From contig CAWFOM010000005.1 in NCBI GenBank assembly GCA_963817385.1, forward strand, positions 128,001-192,000: 64,000 bases of DNA, written 5' to 3'. This document shows, one piece after another, positions 48,201 to 58,937 of this stretch. The number at the start of each line of letters is the position of its first letter. The stretch's first letter is position 1. The translations under genes were made by a program, and so were the position numbers. Source of the stretch: an uncultured delta proteobacterium (GTDB taxonomy: Bacteria > Desulfobacterota > Syntrophia > Syntrophales > UBA5619). The notes beneath the pieces were generated by a model that was given only the letters and a program-made list of their open reading frames with translations, did no database searches and was not told the origin of the DNA.

Positions 48201-48709
48201 TCTGCTTCCTGTTGTCCGCGTACTGAGAGGTCGACAAGAGAGGGCACCGCTCTAACGATGCCGCACCGGTACGCAGGTCTGCAGCAAACGCAAGACAGGA
48301 GGGGTAGCCGCACTGCTTCTCGCAGAGTGCCCGGGGCAACAATCTGAAAAGAGCGTAAATGGTCGGGAGTTTCCGTTCCCGGGAGCTAGGCACCATGCGA
48401 TCACGCTCCAGCCAAACCCGATTGACCAGCTCCACTACCTCACCGGCACTCAGGGAGGCGGCGGATGCGTCAGGAATCATCCCAATCTGGATTTCGTGAG
48501 GGCGGAAGGCGTATCTGCGAGCCGTTACTGCTTCCTATCAGGACCTTGTTCTCCTGGTCGTACCAGGTCTCATCGAGAATACTGTTAAGATATGGCAGTA
48601 CGGCGCTGATATCCTCCGGCAGCGTTACAAGGACCCCATAGCGTCCGCTCCCGGGAGAGTGATGGTCCTCAACCAGTTCAAATCTGTAGGCGGTTATCAA
48701 CTTTTCCAT
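48175..48709 (-). CDS. (Fe-S)-binding protein with C-terminal CdhE/RnfB-like 4Fe-4S motif (frameshift ~48520)
   Basis: DISAVLPYLNS N-part; LLP..C...CGYPSCLAFA...CPLL C-part. Confidence 0.75.
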
Positions 48710-48980
48710 CGCCTTGGTGGTATCATAAGTCTTTGGGCACATACAACCGGTATTCTCCGTCATGAAGGTCCATGCGGATGTGAAAGAGTCAGCAGCGTGG
48801 TGCCGCCGGCCCTCTGAAAAAGGAGGAACGTCAATGCTGCAATCACCAGAAACGCCTTGACACGCCGGATTGGTTCTCTTATCCTCGTCACACAAAATTC
48901 AGGTCTCGTGCACAGTTGCGTGGCAGGGGACTGATTTCGGGAAGTAATTCACATTGGTATCCCTAACGGAGGAGACAATC

Positions 48981-49478
48981 ATGGAAAATCGGGAAGTGCT
49001 CTTGAATGAAATCTATGAGAAGGCAATCGAAAATGACATGACCTATTTCGGTTGAACACAGTCCGTTCTTGCAGCTTTGCAGGAAAAGATGAATGTGGGC
49101 AGCACCGAGGTGTTCAAGGCCGGGAGCGCCCTGGCCGGCGGCGTGGCGCGGAGAGGCGAGACCTGCGGGGCCCTGACCGGCGCCATCATGGCGGTCTGCT
49201 GCGTCGTGGGACGCGAGCGACTCGAAGATCGGGAGCAGTACCAAAAAGCGATGGAAGAGGCCGGCCGGGTATATGACCGGTTCGATAAAGAAGTCGGCAA
49301 GACGCTCTGCGCCGAGATCCAGGAAAAGAAGTTCGGCAAGGCCTTTCGCATGTACGTCCCCGAGGAGAGGACGGCCTTTCACGATGCGGGCGGGCACAGC
49401 AAGACGGGCTGCCCCCAGGTGTGCGGGATAGCCGCCAGGATTGCCGCGGAGATCATTCTCGAGAAGCGCGCCGGGTGA
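48981..49478 (+). CDS. C-GCAxxG-C-C family redox protein, probable selenoprotein (Sec25)
   Basis: GGAGG RBS and ATG at 48981; in-frame TGA at 49053-49055 in YFG-U-TQSVL; continues in frame into ETCGALTG, TLCAEIQ, GCPQVC. Confidence 0.85.
49066..49085 (+). promoter_or_regulatory. Putative bacterial SECIS hairpin
   Basis: TTCTTGCA-GCTT-TGCAGGAA; 8-bp stem (one G-U) with a G-first loop starting 18 nt after the UGA. Confidence 0.7.
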
Positions 49479-49487
49479 GATTCCCCG

Positions 49488-51154
49488 TCAGCCAGCCTTC
49501 ACCTCGGGGGGCGCGGTCTTTCCCGTGTAATGGCAGTAGCTGATGTACCCCCCCGAGAGGTTCGCCAGGCGTGCGAACCCGTACTGCTTGAGCACCCGGC
49601 AGGCCGCGTAGGAGCGGACGCCGGAACGACAGAGGACGACCAGGTCCCGGTCCTTCGGGAGTTCGCCGATCCGTTCCCGCAGCTCTTCCCGGGGGATGTT
49701 GATAGACTCCGGAATATTGCCGGCCTCGAATTCCTTTCGGGTCCGCACGTCGACGAAGAGCGCGTTCTCGATCGCCGCGGCCCGGTCGTAGGTCACCGAT
49801 TCCACGAGGCCCCTGAGGATGTTGCTGCCCACAAAGCCCGCCATGTTGACCGGATCCTTGGCGGAGCCGAAGGGCGGCGCGTAGGCGAGCTCCAGCTGCT
49901 CCAGGTCGTAAACCGTCATGCCCGCGCGGATGGCGGTCGCGATGATGTCGATCCGCTTGTCGACGCCGTCCGTCCCGATGCACTGGGCGCCGAGGATCCT
50001 GCCCCCTGGTACTTCGAAGAGGAGCTTCAGGGCCAGCGTCGCGGCGCCGGGGTAGTAGCCGGCGTGGCTGAGCGGATGGAGATGGATCGCCTGGTAGTCG
50101 AGGTTATTTCTCCGGGCCGTTTTTTCATTCAGTCCCGTCGCGGCCGCCTGCAGATCGAAGAGCTTCACAATGGCCGTGCCCAGCGACCCGGGGTAGCGGG
50201 AGTCGAGGCCGCAGATGTTGTCCGCGGCGATGCGGGCCTGCTTGTTGGCGGGACCCGCGAGCGGAAGGAGCACCTGCATCCCCCCGACGAAATGGGTGGT
50301 CTCGACGGCATCGCCGACGGCGAAGATGACGGGGTCGCTGGTCCTCATGGCCGCGTCGACGGCGATTCCGCCGGTGGCGCCGATCTTCAGGCCGGCCTCG
50401 CGGGCCAATTTGATCTCGGGCCGCACCCCCACGGCGCTCACCACCAATTGGGCGGGCAGTTCGGTCCCGATGCCAGAACGACCCTGCCCCGAGCATCGTC
50501 CACAATCCGTTTCACACCGTCGGAGAGGTGGAGGTCAATCCCCCCGGATGCAAGCCGGGCCTGGATGATCCCGGCCATCTCCGGATCAAAGGGCGTCATG
50601 ACCTGATCCAGCATCTCGACCAGGTGGGTCTTGATCCCCCGGTCGACCAGATTCTCCGCGATCTCCACGCCGATGAATCCCCCGCCGATGACGACCGCCT
50701 CCTGCACGCGCTGATCGTTGAGCCGGGCGATCACGGCGTCCATGCCGGGGATGTCGTAGAGGCTCATGAACATCGCGGCGCCGTTTCCCTCGATCGGCGG
50801 AATCAGGGGATAGGCCCCCGGAGACAGGACCAGGTAGTCGTACGATTCGGCGTATTCATCGCCCGTCGCCAGATTCCTGACCCGGACCTCCTTCCGATGC
50901 GGATCGATCGCCAGGACCTCGTTTTGCACCCGGACCTCGATCCGGAAATTGGTCCAGAGGCGCTCCGGCGTCTGCAGGAGCAGGCTTTTGCGTTCCTTGA
51001 TCCGGCCGGAAATATGGTACGGGAGGCCGCAATTGGCAAAGGAGATGTAATTGCCCCTCTCAAACACGATGATCTGCGCCTTCTCGTCGAGGCGTCGCAA
51101 CCGGGCGGCGGCCGTGGCGCCGCCCGCCACCCCGCCAACGACACACACCTTCAT
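49488..51154 (-). CDS. CoA-disulfide reductase-like FAD oxidoreductase with C-terminal rhodanese domain (frameshift ~50455)
   Basis: GGVAGG, SFANCGLPY, GGGFIG, YAPPF, VDVR...CRSGVRS motifs. Confidence 0.9.
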
Positions 51155-51427
51155 TATCGCACTCCTAAATTGAAATTGACAAGGCATTTTTTTTCACGGC
51201 GGGATTATACCTACGTTTCGATCCATATTCAACAAAATGCTCCGGTGACCCAGCATCCACACTTGATTTGCTATATTTAAGCGTGATTTATGAAAAAAGG
51301 GGATACGCCGCAAGCTTATCGGTGGCTGCACGAACAAATCCCAGCGAACAAGTACCGCGTTGACTTTCACCTCCCGCGCATCTACAATTCACCAGAGGAA
51401 ATATCAAATCTCAGTAAGGCGAGGTTT

Positions 51428-52924
51428 ATGATGAAGCCTTGGCATCATATGTTATCCGTCTTGCTCCTGCTCATCATGGCTGCTCTGCCGGCCAGGGGAG
51501 CGGGGCTGGAAGACAAGGTAGTCGAGCGTACCCTGAAAAATGGCATGAAGCTGCTAATGGTGGAGCGGCACAATTCACCCACTATCGCGGCCTGGATCCG
51601 GTTCAAGGTGGGGAGTGTCGACGAGCGGAGCGATGAGCGGGGAGTGGCCCATTTGTTGGAGCATATGCTCTTTAAGGGGACCAAGACCCTCGGCACTACC
51701 GATTATGCTGCCGAAAAGCCTCTTCTTGACCAGATCGAGATAACCGCCCGGGAGTTGATCAATGAGAAGGCAAAACGGGAGAAAGGCGATCCCGTTAAGG
51801 TCGAGAAGCTCGGCGAGAGGCTTACCGTCCTGGAGAAGGATGCCTCTCAGTACGTGGTCAAGGAGGAGTTCGCCGACATCTACGCCAGAAACGGCGGCAC
51901 CGGCTACAACGCCTTTACCAGCAAGGACGGCACCACCTACCTGATCAACCTGCCGGCCAACAAGCTGGAGCTCTGGGCAGCCATCGAGTCGGACCGGATG
52001 CAAAACGCCGTGCTGCGCGAATTCTACACTGAGCGGGGCGTGGTGATGGAAGAGCGGCGGCGTTCCTATGATGCTGAACCGGAAGGGAAGCTCTGGGAGA
52101 CCTTTCTCGCCGCCTCTTTCTTAGCCCACCCCAACGGTCAGCCGGTGATCGGCTGGATGTCCGACATCGAGAATCTTACCCGCACCAAGGCGGAAGACTT
52201 CCTCCATCGTTATTATGCCCCCAACAATGCCGTTGTGGCGATTGTCGGCGACATCGACGCCAACAAGACACTGGCCCTGGTGGAGAAATACTTCGGCAAC
52301 ATCCCGCCGGGCACGCCGGTGGCGCCGGTGGCGGTGGAAGAGCCTGCGCAGCAGGGGGAACGCAGGGTTGAAGTGATTGGCGATGCCAATCCTCAGGTCT
52401 ATCTCGGCTTCCACAAGCCGACCCTCCCCCACCCGGATGAGTACGTGTTCGATGTGATCGACATGGTGTTGTCGGACGGCCGCACCTCCCGGCTCTACAA
52501 GAAGCTGGTGATTGAGAAGCAACTGGTGACCGACATCGGCGCATTCACCGCACCGGGCCACCGCTATCCCAACCTGTTCATCATCGCCGCCACCCCGCGC
52601 ACCCCGCACACGGTGGGCGAGGTGGAGGCGGCTATCAAGGAAGCGATCGAGCTCCTCAAACGCGAACCGGTGAGCGCGCATGAGCTGGAGCAGATCCAAA
52701 ACAAACTTGAGTACGAAGAGGTCCGCCAAATGGGCTCCAACGGCGGTCTGGCCCGCAACCTTACCGAGTATGAGGCAATTGCAGGAACCTGGCGCTACCT
52801 TATCGAACATCGTAAAAAAGTGGCCGAGGTCAAGCCGGAAGACGTGCAGCGTGTGGCACGGAAGTACCTGACCGAGGAGAACCGCATTGTCGGCTTTATC
52901 ACCAAGAAGAAGGTGGCCCAATGA
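51428..52924 (+). CDS. M16 zinc peptidase, catalytic subunit
   Basis: AHLLEHMLFKG (HxxEH), NAFTS, EERR motifs; signal peptide from ATG 51428. Confidence 0.92.
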   Translation: MMKPWHHMLSVLLLLIMAALPARGAGLEDKVVERTLKNGMKLLMVERHNSPTIAAWIRFKVGSVDERSDERGVAHLLEHMLFKGTKTLGTTDYAAEKPLLDQIEITARELINEKAKREKGDPVKVEKLGERLTVLEKDASQYVVKEEFADIYARNGGTGYNAFTSKDGTTYLINLPANKLELWAAIESDRMQNAVLREFYTERGVVMEERRRSYDAEPEGKLWETFLAASFLAHPNGQPVIGWMSDIENLTRTKAEDFLHRYYAPNNAVVAIVGDIDANKTLALVEKYFGNIPPGTPVAPVAVEEPAQQGERRVEVIGDANPQVYLGFHKPTLPHPDEYVFDVIDMVLSDGRTSRLYKKLVIEKQLVTDIGAFTAPGHRYPNLFIIAATPRTPHTVGEVEAAIKEAIELLKREPVSAHELEQIQNKLEYEEVRQMGSNGGLARNLTEYEAIAGTWRYLIEHRKKVAEVKPEDVQRVARKYLTEENRIVGFITKKKVAQ

Positions 52925-54345
52925 TGATAAGGCGTATCTCTAAATTCATAGCGGTCTTCCTTCTTGCTTGCACGATTTCCGCCTGCACCGGACCGGGCGC
53001 CCGGGTCGACCCGCGTACCATGATCTTCCCTCCCCTCTCTTTCACTGTTCCCACGAGCGAGCGGTTCCCGTTGGACAACGGCATGATCGTCTACCTGATG
53101 ACCGATCACGAGCTGCCGTTGGTGAACGTAACGGCTTATATCAATGCCGCTTCCCTCTATGACCCGGAGGACAAAGTGGGGCTTGCCAGGCTCACCGGCG
53201 CGGTCATGCGCAGCGGTGGCACGCAGCAGACACCGGTTGAGAAGCTGGACGCAGAGCTTGAATTCCTGGCCTCAGCCGTAGAGTCGTCCATCGGCTCCGA
53301 CATGGGAAGAATCTCTCTTACCACCCTCAAAAAAAACCTGCCGCGGACCCTGGATCTGTTCGGTCAGGTCATGATGCAGCCGGTATTCCGGGAGGATCGG
53401 GTAGAGCTTGCCAGGAAACAGACCATTGAGGGGCTTCGCCGCCAGAATGACGACCCGAAAGGAATTGCAGCCCGTGAATTTACACGCGCCCTCTACAAGG
53501 GGCATCCACTGGCCCGAGTCCCAACCATCGAGTCGGTCACGCGCATCACCCGGGATGATATGATGGCCTTCCATAAGCGCTACTATCACCCAAACAACAT
53601 GGTCCTGGCGGTATCCGGAGACATTGACCGGGAGGAACTGCTGAAGAGTATCGGCAAGGTCTTCAACGGCTGGCAGCGCGATGAGATCGTCTTCCCGGCC
53701 ATTGCCCCACCGAAAACGGAGATGAAGCCGGCGGTCCTCTTTGCCCACAAGGATGTCAACCAGTCGGTGATCCGCATTGGCAGTCTCGGAATCGAGAAGA
53801 GCAACCCGGACCTCTACGCGGTACGGGTGATGGACTACATCCTTGGCGGCGGTTTCACCTCGCGGCTGACCCAGGAAGTCCGCTCCAACCAGGGGCTGGC
53901 CTACCAGGCCGCGAGCTATTTTGATGTGGGTCGCCGTTTCGTCGGCACCTTCTGGATCGAGACCGAGACCAAGTCGGAGTCGACCGCCAACGTGATTTCA
54001 CTGATCCTTAAGATCATGGCCGGCATGACCAAGGAGGAAGTTTCCGATCAGGAACTCTCCCTGGCAAAAGACTCCATCATCAATTCCTTCATTTTCGGCT
54101 TTGCCAAGCCGGATGCCGTGGTCAACCAGCAGGCTAGGCTGGAGTTTTTCGGCTATCCGCCCGGCTACCTGGACAACTACCGGAACAACATCGCCAAGGT
54201 GACCAAAGAAGATGTGCTGCTGGCTGCGCAAAAGTACCTGAAGCCCGATGCGCTGACCATCATGGTGGTGGGGGACGAGAAGAAATTCGACAGGCCGCTA
54301 AGCATGTTCGGGACGGTGAAGGAGATCACGCTGGAGATAAAATGA
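52921..54345 (+). CDS. M16 peptidase, non-catalytic partner (lipoprotein)
   Basis: ISAC lipobox; no HxxEH; ILGGGFTSRL..VR...GLAY. Confidence 0.9.
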   Translation: MMIRRISKFIAVFLLACTISACTGPGARVDPRTMIFPPLSFTVPTSERFPLDNGMIVYLMTDHELPLVNVTAYINAASLYDPEDKVGLARLTGAVMRSGGTQQTPVEKLDAELEFLASAVESSIGSDMGRISLTTLKKNLPRTLDLFGQVMMQPVFREDRVELARKQTIEGLRRQNDDPKGIAAREFTRALYKGHPLARVPTIESVTRITRDDMMAFHKRYYHPNNMVLAVSGDIDREELLKSIGKVFNGWQRDEIVFPAIAPPKTEMKPAVLFAHKDVNQSVIRIGSLGIEKSNPDLYAVRVMDYILGGGFTSRLTQEVRSNQGLAYQAASYFDVGRRFVGTFWIETETKSESTANVISLILKIMAGMTKEEVSDQELSLAKDSIINSFIFGFAKPDAVVNQQARLEFFGYPPGYLDNYRNNIAKVTKEDVLLAAQKYLKPDALTIMVVGDEKKFDRPLSMFGTVKEITLEIK

Positions 54346-54531
54346 ACCCCGGCGCACCTGAATGACGCCGCCTGACTTGACCATCCGTGTCAGGCGGACC
54401 TTCGGCGAAGCATAGTCAGAATTCATGCATCAGGGTCAAATGATCCTTTGGCGTAATCTCTCCGGGAAGTATCAATTTGTTGTCCTATCCGGAGAAAGTC
54501 ATCGCTATTGTGGAGCTTCCACCCGTGACCG

Positions 54532-55869
54532 TTATCGAGACTCGATAAGTCCTTTTTTCGTTCTCACGAGGGTGAAAAAATCCATGAGAAACATGGCCGC
54601 GCCGGCAGCGAAACCCCATGCCGACGCCCAGAATACGGCATACCAGAGTTTCATGAAACCCTGAGTGGTGAGATAGTCCATACCGAGGAGTCGCTGTAAG
54701 TAGACCTGGACAACGCCCGCGATGGTCAGGGCAAACACCATCAGGAGCATGAAGAAGTTCATGAACCAGAAGGCCTTTCTCCCCAAGGCCTGGTCATAGG
54801 TCTTGAGTCCCTTGATCTGCGGTAGGGCGAAGTAGATCATCGTCAAGTTCAGCATGGCGTAAGCGCCATAGAAGGCGAAGTGACCGTGGGCGGCCGTAAT
54901 CTGCGTCCCATGGGTCCATTGGTTGATCTGGGGCAGGGTATGGGCAAAACCCCACACACCGGCGCCGAAGAAGTGCATGATTGCGCATCCCACGGCCCAA
55001 TTCATGGCCAGGCGGTTCGGGATCTCAATCTTCCGTTCCCGGACCACCCGCATCGTGTCGATGACCATGAAGAGGATGGGCAGCGGTTCCAAGGCGCTGA
55101 AAATGCCTCCCCACCAGAGCCAATAGCCGGGAGTGCCGATCCAGTAGTAGTGATGGCCCGTACCCACAATGCCCGTAAAAAGGACCAGCCCCACTTCCAC
55201 ATAAAGCCATTTTTCCACCTGTTCACGGTCAACACCGGTGAGGGTCATGAGGACAAAGGCCATGATGGCGCCGGTCACCAGTTCCCAGGCCCCTTCGACC
55301 CAAAGGTGGATCACCCACCACCACCAATAATACTGGGTGGCCAGGTTCTTCAGGAAAAAGACGCCGAAGAGAAACATGCCCGCCAGCATGACGAGCCCGC
55401 CCAAGAGCACCCCCTGGATCACCGTCCACTTTCTGGTCTTCAGCATCGTCATGAAGATGTTGTAAAGAAACAGGAGCGCGACGAGAACGATGCCGATCTT
55501 AAGAATCGTCGGCTGCTCCAGAAAAGGCATACCCCAGGACCAACCGAAGACGTAGCCGGTAACGGCGGCAACGCCTATCAGAGCAAACAGGACGAGCTGA
55601 AAATTGGCAAGCTTCACGCTGTAAAGCTCCGTCTGGGCTTCTTCCGGGACGAGATAGTAGGCGCCGCCCATGAAACCGAAGAGCATCCAGACGACGAGCA
55701 GATTGATATGGATCGCACGGGTGATGTTGAACGGAAGGATGTTGAGGAGGGGATCGTAATCCCAGACATATTTGGCGCCCGTAATCAGGCCGAAGAGGAT
55801 CTGCAGACCGAAAAGGACAGCGGCAACGATGAAGTAATTGATAGCCACCTTCTGCGATGCGTATTTCAT
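54532..55869 (-). CDS. norB: Nitric oxide reductase large subunit (cNOR type)
   Basis: RAIHIN, HLWVEGAWE, GTGHHYYWIG, LEPLP, AHGHFAFYG motifs. Confidence 0.92.
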   Translation of the reverse strand: MKYASQKVAINYFIVAAVLFGLQILFGLITGAKYVWDYDPLLNILPFNITRAIHINLLVVWMLFGFMGGAYYLVPEEAQTELYSVKLANFQLVLFALIGVAAVTGYVFGWSWGMPFLEQPTILKIGIVLVALLFLYNIFMTMLKTRKWTVIQGVLLGGLVMLAGMFLFGVFFLKNLATQYYWWWWVIHLWVEGAWELVTGAIMAFVLMTLTGVDREQVEKWLYVEVGLVLFTGIVGTGHHYYWIGTPGYWLWWGGIFSALEPLPILFMVIDTMRVVRERKIEIPNRLAMNWAVGCAIMHFFGAGVWGFAHTLPQINQWTHGTQITAAHGHFAFYGAYAMLNLTMIYFALPQIKGLKTYDQALGRKAFWFMNFFMLLMVFALTIAGVVQVYLQRLLGMDYLTTQGFMKLWYAVFWASAWGFAAGAAMFLMDFFTLVRTKKGLIESR

Positions 55870-55880
55870 CTCGTTCCTCC

Positions 55881-56552
55881 TTATTTCAATCCGGAAAGAT
55901 AGTCGGCCAGATTGGCAATATCCCCGGTCGGCAACTTCGCAAAGGACGGCATGATGGAATCCGGCTTATGAGACTTCGGGTTCCTGATCTGCTCCTCGAT
56001 CCACTCCCTTGTCCGTCTCTCACCCACCCGTGTAAGGTCCGGCCCTACCGCGCCTCCAACACCTCCGATGAGATGGCAAGCAGTGCAGCCGTTCGTCCGG
56101 AACAATGCCGCGCCCGGTTTGGCTGCCGTCTGACCGGATGTTAGAAGCGGTTTCGGCGGCCAGTTGTTCGTATCGATGGTATTTACCCAGGTGAGAAAGG
56201 CGCTCAAGTCGGCGATCTCCTGGTCCGTCAAATGGAGATTCGGCATTTTCCTCGCTGCCGGCCAGACCTTCTGCGGATCGTTGAGAAATGCGGCAAGCCA
56301 GGCGTTGTCACGATAACTCATGACCTTCGTGACATCCGGGGCATAGTATCCGCCGATGCCGAGAATGGTATGACAATCGTTGCAATTGTGCTTCTGCCAT
56401 ACCCATTTTCCTGATGCCACTGCGGCAGTGAGTTTTTCTTCGTGCGTTCTCCGGGGCATCTGGACAAGGGAGTCATAGGTGAGTGCCAAAAAGATGACCG
56501 CCGAGAGCACCGTACCCCAGAGAAAAATTGCCTTGCCTTGAGTTATTGTCAT
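55881..56552 (-). CDS. norC: Nitric oxide reductase cytochrome c subunit with a second haem domain
   Basis: TM anchor; CNDCHTILGIGGYYAPD and second CTACH...GPDL...MP. Confidence 0.88.
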   Translation of the reverse strand: MTITQGKAIFLWGTVLSAVIFLALTYDSLVQMPRRTHEEKLTAAVASGKWVWQKHNCNDCHTILGIGGYYAPDVTKVMSYRDNAWLAAFLNDPQKVWPAARKMPNLHLTDQEIADLSAFLTWVNTIDTNNWPPKPLLTSGQTAAKPGAALFRTNGCTACHLIGGVGGAVGPDLTRVGERRTREWIEEQIRNPKSHKPDSIMPSFAKLPTGDIANLADYLSGLK

Positions 56553-56643
56553 GATTCTTCCCCCCATCTAATTAATCTGTCACCGAAATTAACGTAGGGA
56601 AACGGCTGCATATCTTGTCTTGAAACGCGGGTTGGAACGGCTG

Positions 56644-57201
56644 CTATTTTATATTGAGCTTCTTTTTGAACCTTTCAACAACGGGGCCGTCCTCGCGCCA
56701 GACGCGGCAGGTATTGACTAAGAATTGCAAAATTATCCGTGAATGATCAGAATCGGAATTTGATGGTTTTTGTGATTGGTGTGCTCCAAATCCCTGAATG
56801 ACGGACGGGGCCATTGCCAGGATGAGCTCCACCAGGTGGGTGCAGCCTTTATTGCCCCCGGCCAGTTTTTTCACTTTTGACGTAAAACCTCTGGTAATGG
56901 TCAAACCCTTGATAGGGGCAAGGCAGTCGATCGTTTCCCGGCACACTTCCCGAGGAACGGACTTCAGATCAACATCAACATCCTCAATCAAAAGATTAGA
57001 ACAATTAACCAGCAGTCGTATGGACATGTGATGAATGACGCCGCTCGGAAACGTTTCACCGGTTATCACATGAGATTTTTGGAAACGATTATCTCTGAGG
57101 GAACCTTCTACAATTATTCGTTGTCCGTCATAATCGTATGTCGTAACTTCTATATGCCGCGTATGTAACTTTTTCCCTTTTGATTTCCAAATGGATTGCA
57201 T
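56644..57201 (-). CDS. DUF2889-like protein
   Basis: LHTRHIE, IHHM, VP..VC, GCTHL, NTC motifs. Confidence 0.78.
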   Translation of the reverse strand: MQSIWKSKGKKLHTRHIEVTTYDYDGQRIIVEGSLRDNRFQKSHVITGETFPSGVIHHMSIRLLVNCSNLLIEDVDVDLKSVPREVCRETIDCLAPIKGLTITRGFTSKVKKLAGGNKGCTHLVELILAMAPSVIQGFGAHQSQKPSNSDSDHSRIILQFLVNTCRVWREDGPVVERFKKKLNIK

Positions 57202-57241
57202 TGTATTTTGATTCTCCTGAAAATATCGGCGACGGCCCCGA

Positions 57242-58882
57242 TCATTTCCCGCAGGGGAAATCCGGTTCTTCCGCCGTGATGATCTCGAGGAATGCCGGGC
57301 TGCCGGCCTCAGTCACCGCGATGGCGCGCTGCAGCGCCGGTTTCAGGTCGGCAACCTTTTCAATCCGTTCGCCATGTCCGCCGAGCGCTTCCGCCACCTT
57401 GGCGTTATGACCGGAGAGCCGATGAATACCGAAGCGCTCCGTGGCGATCGGCTGCTTCTTCGTGTATCCCCCCATGACGCCGTTGTTCATGAGAATCGTC
57501 AGAATCGGGATCTTGTTGCGGACGGCCGTCTCGAAATCCATGCCCACCATGCCGAAGGCGGCCTCCCCCATGAGATTCACCGCCAGCCACTCGGGCCGGG
57601 CCAGTTTGGCGCCCATGATGAGTCCCAGGGATGAGCCGAGCGGCGTCGATTTCCCCCAGCCGATATAGCCGTGCGGGACGACCGTTTCGTAGAACGGCAC
57701 CAGTTGATCCCGCGGACAACCGGAATCGTGGGTCACGACCGTCCGCTTCGGGTCCACCGCCTCAATCAGTTCCCAAATGACGCGATACGGGCTGATGGGC
57801 TCCCTGTCCGAGGTCAGACGGGGCATCCACTCGTTCAGGAACGCACTCTTGACCGAACGGATCTCCGCCGCGACCGTTTCCTCGCCCTGGCGGCCCTTCT
57901 CCCCCAGACGTGCCTTGACTTCCGCGATCATTTGCATCATCACCGCTTTGGCATCCCCGATCACGCCATACGAGGTCGGATAATCCTTACTGATGTCCGA
58001 TTCCTCAAGGGTCACCTGCGCGATCGTTTTCCCCTCCGGGATGGGGGAGATGAATTTGGACCGCGTAAAGCTGGTGCCGATACCGAACACCAGATCCGCC
58101 TTCCCGAGGAAGTGCTCGACCGGCTTCGGCCGGGAAAAACCGTTGGCGGTCCCGAGGGCGAGGGGATGGTTCTCCGGAAAGGCGCCTTTGCCGTTCAGGG
58201 AGCTCATCACCGGCACCTGGAGGAGTTCGGCCAGCTCTCTGAGTTCCGACCACGCCTCGGCATAGATGACCCCCTGCCCGGCCCACAGGATCGGCGCCTT
58301 GGCGGAAAGCAAAGCGTCCACCGCTTCGCGGACATCTCCCTCGTCGCCGGACGGTGAAAACCGCCGCTGCGGCTTATAGTCAAAGGCACCCGGGAGCTCG
58401 GCGGCCATGACGTCGCTGGGAAACTCGAGGAGAACCGGTCCCGATTTCCCGGAGCGCAGCAGGGCAAAGGCATGTTGCATCATCTGCAGGACCGACTTCG
58501 GATCGGTGACCGTTTCGGACCATTTCGTGATGTGCCGGTAATTGCGGCTCGCCTGGAAATTCGGCGGGATGCTGAGGGACGCTCTTTCCGTCGCCCCGGC
58601 CAGGACCAGCAGCGGGGTCGAATCGCCATACGCCTGCGCAACCCCGGCAAAGGCGTTTTCCGAGCCGGCGCCGTACTGAACCGCGCGTCACCCCGATCTT
58701 GTGCCCGCTCGTCATCCGGCTGTAGGCGTCGGCGATATTGATCGCCACCCGTTCTGCCGGGTCACGAGCGGCCGGATGTTCAGGGCCGCCACCGCATCGA
58801 TGATCGGGTTTAACGGAAAGCAGGTCATCAGTTCGACACCTTCAGCCTGCAGGACGCGCGCGATCACTTCTGTGCACTTCAT
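57242..58882 (-). CDS. Thiamine-pyrophosphate-requiring enzyme, acetolactate synthase-like (several frameshifts 58480-58760)
   Basis: IADAYSR, GPVLLEFP, FPENHPL, MGEAAFGM...MNNG motifs. Confidence 0.85.
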
Positions 58883-58937
58883 GTGTCTCCTCCTGATAAA
58901 TAGGTATCTGTCCCTATTTATTCCCGACCGTCGATCC

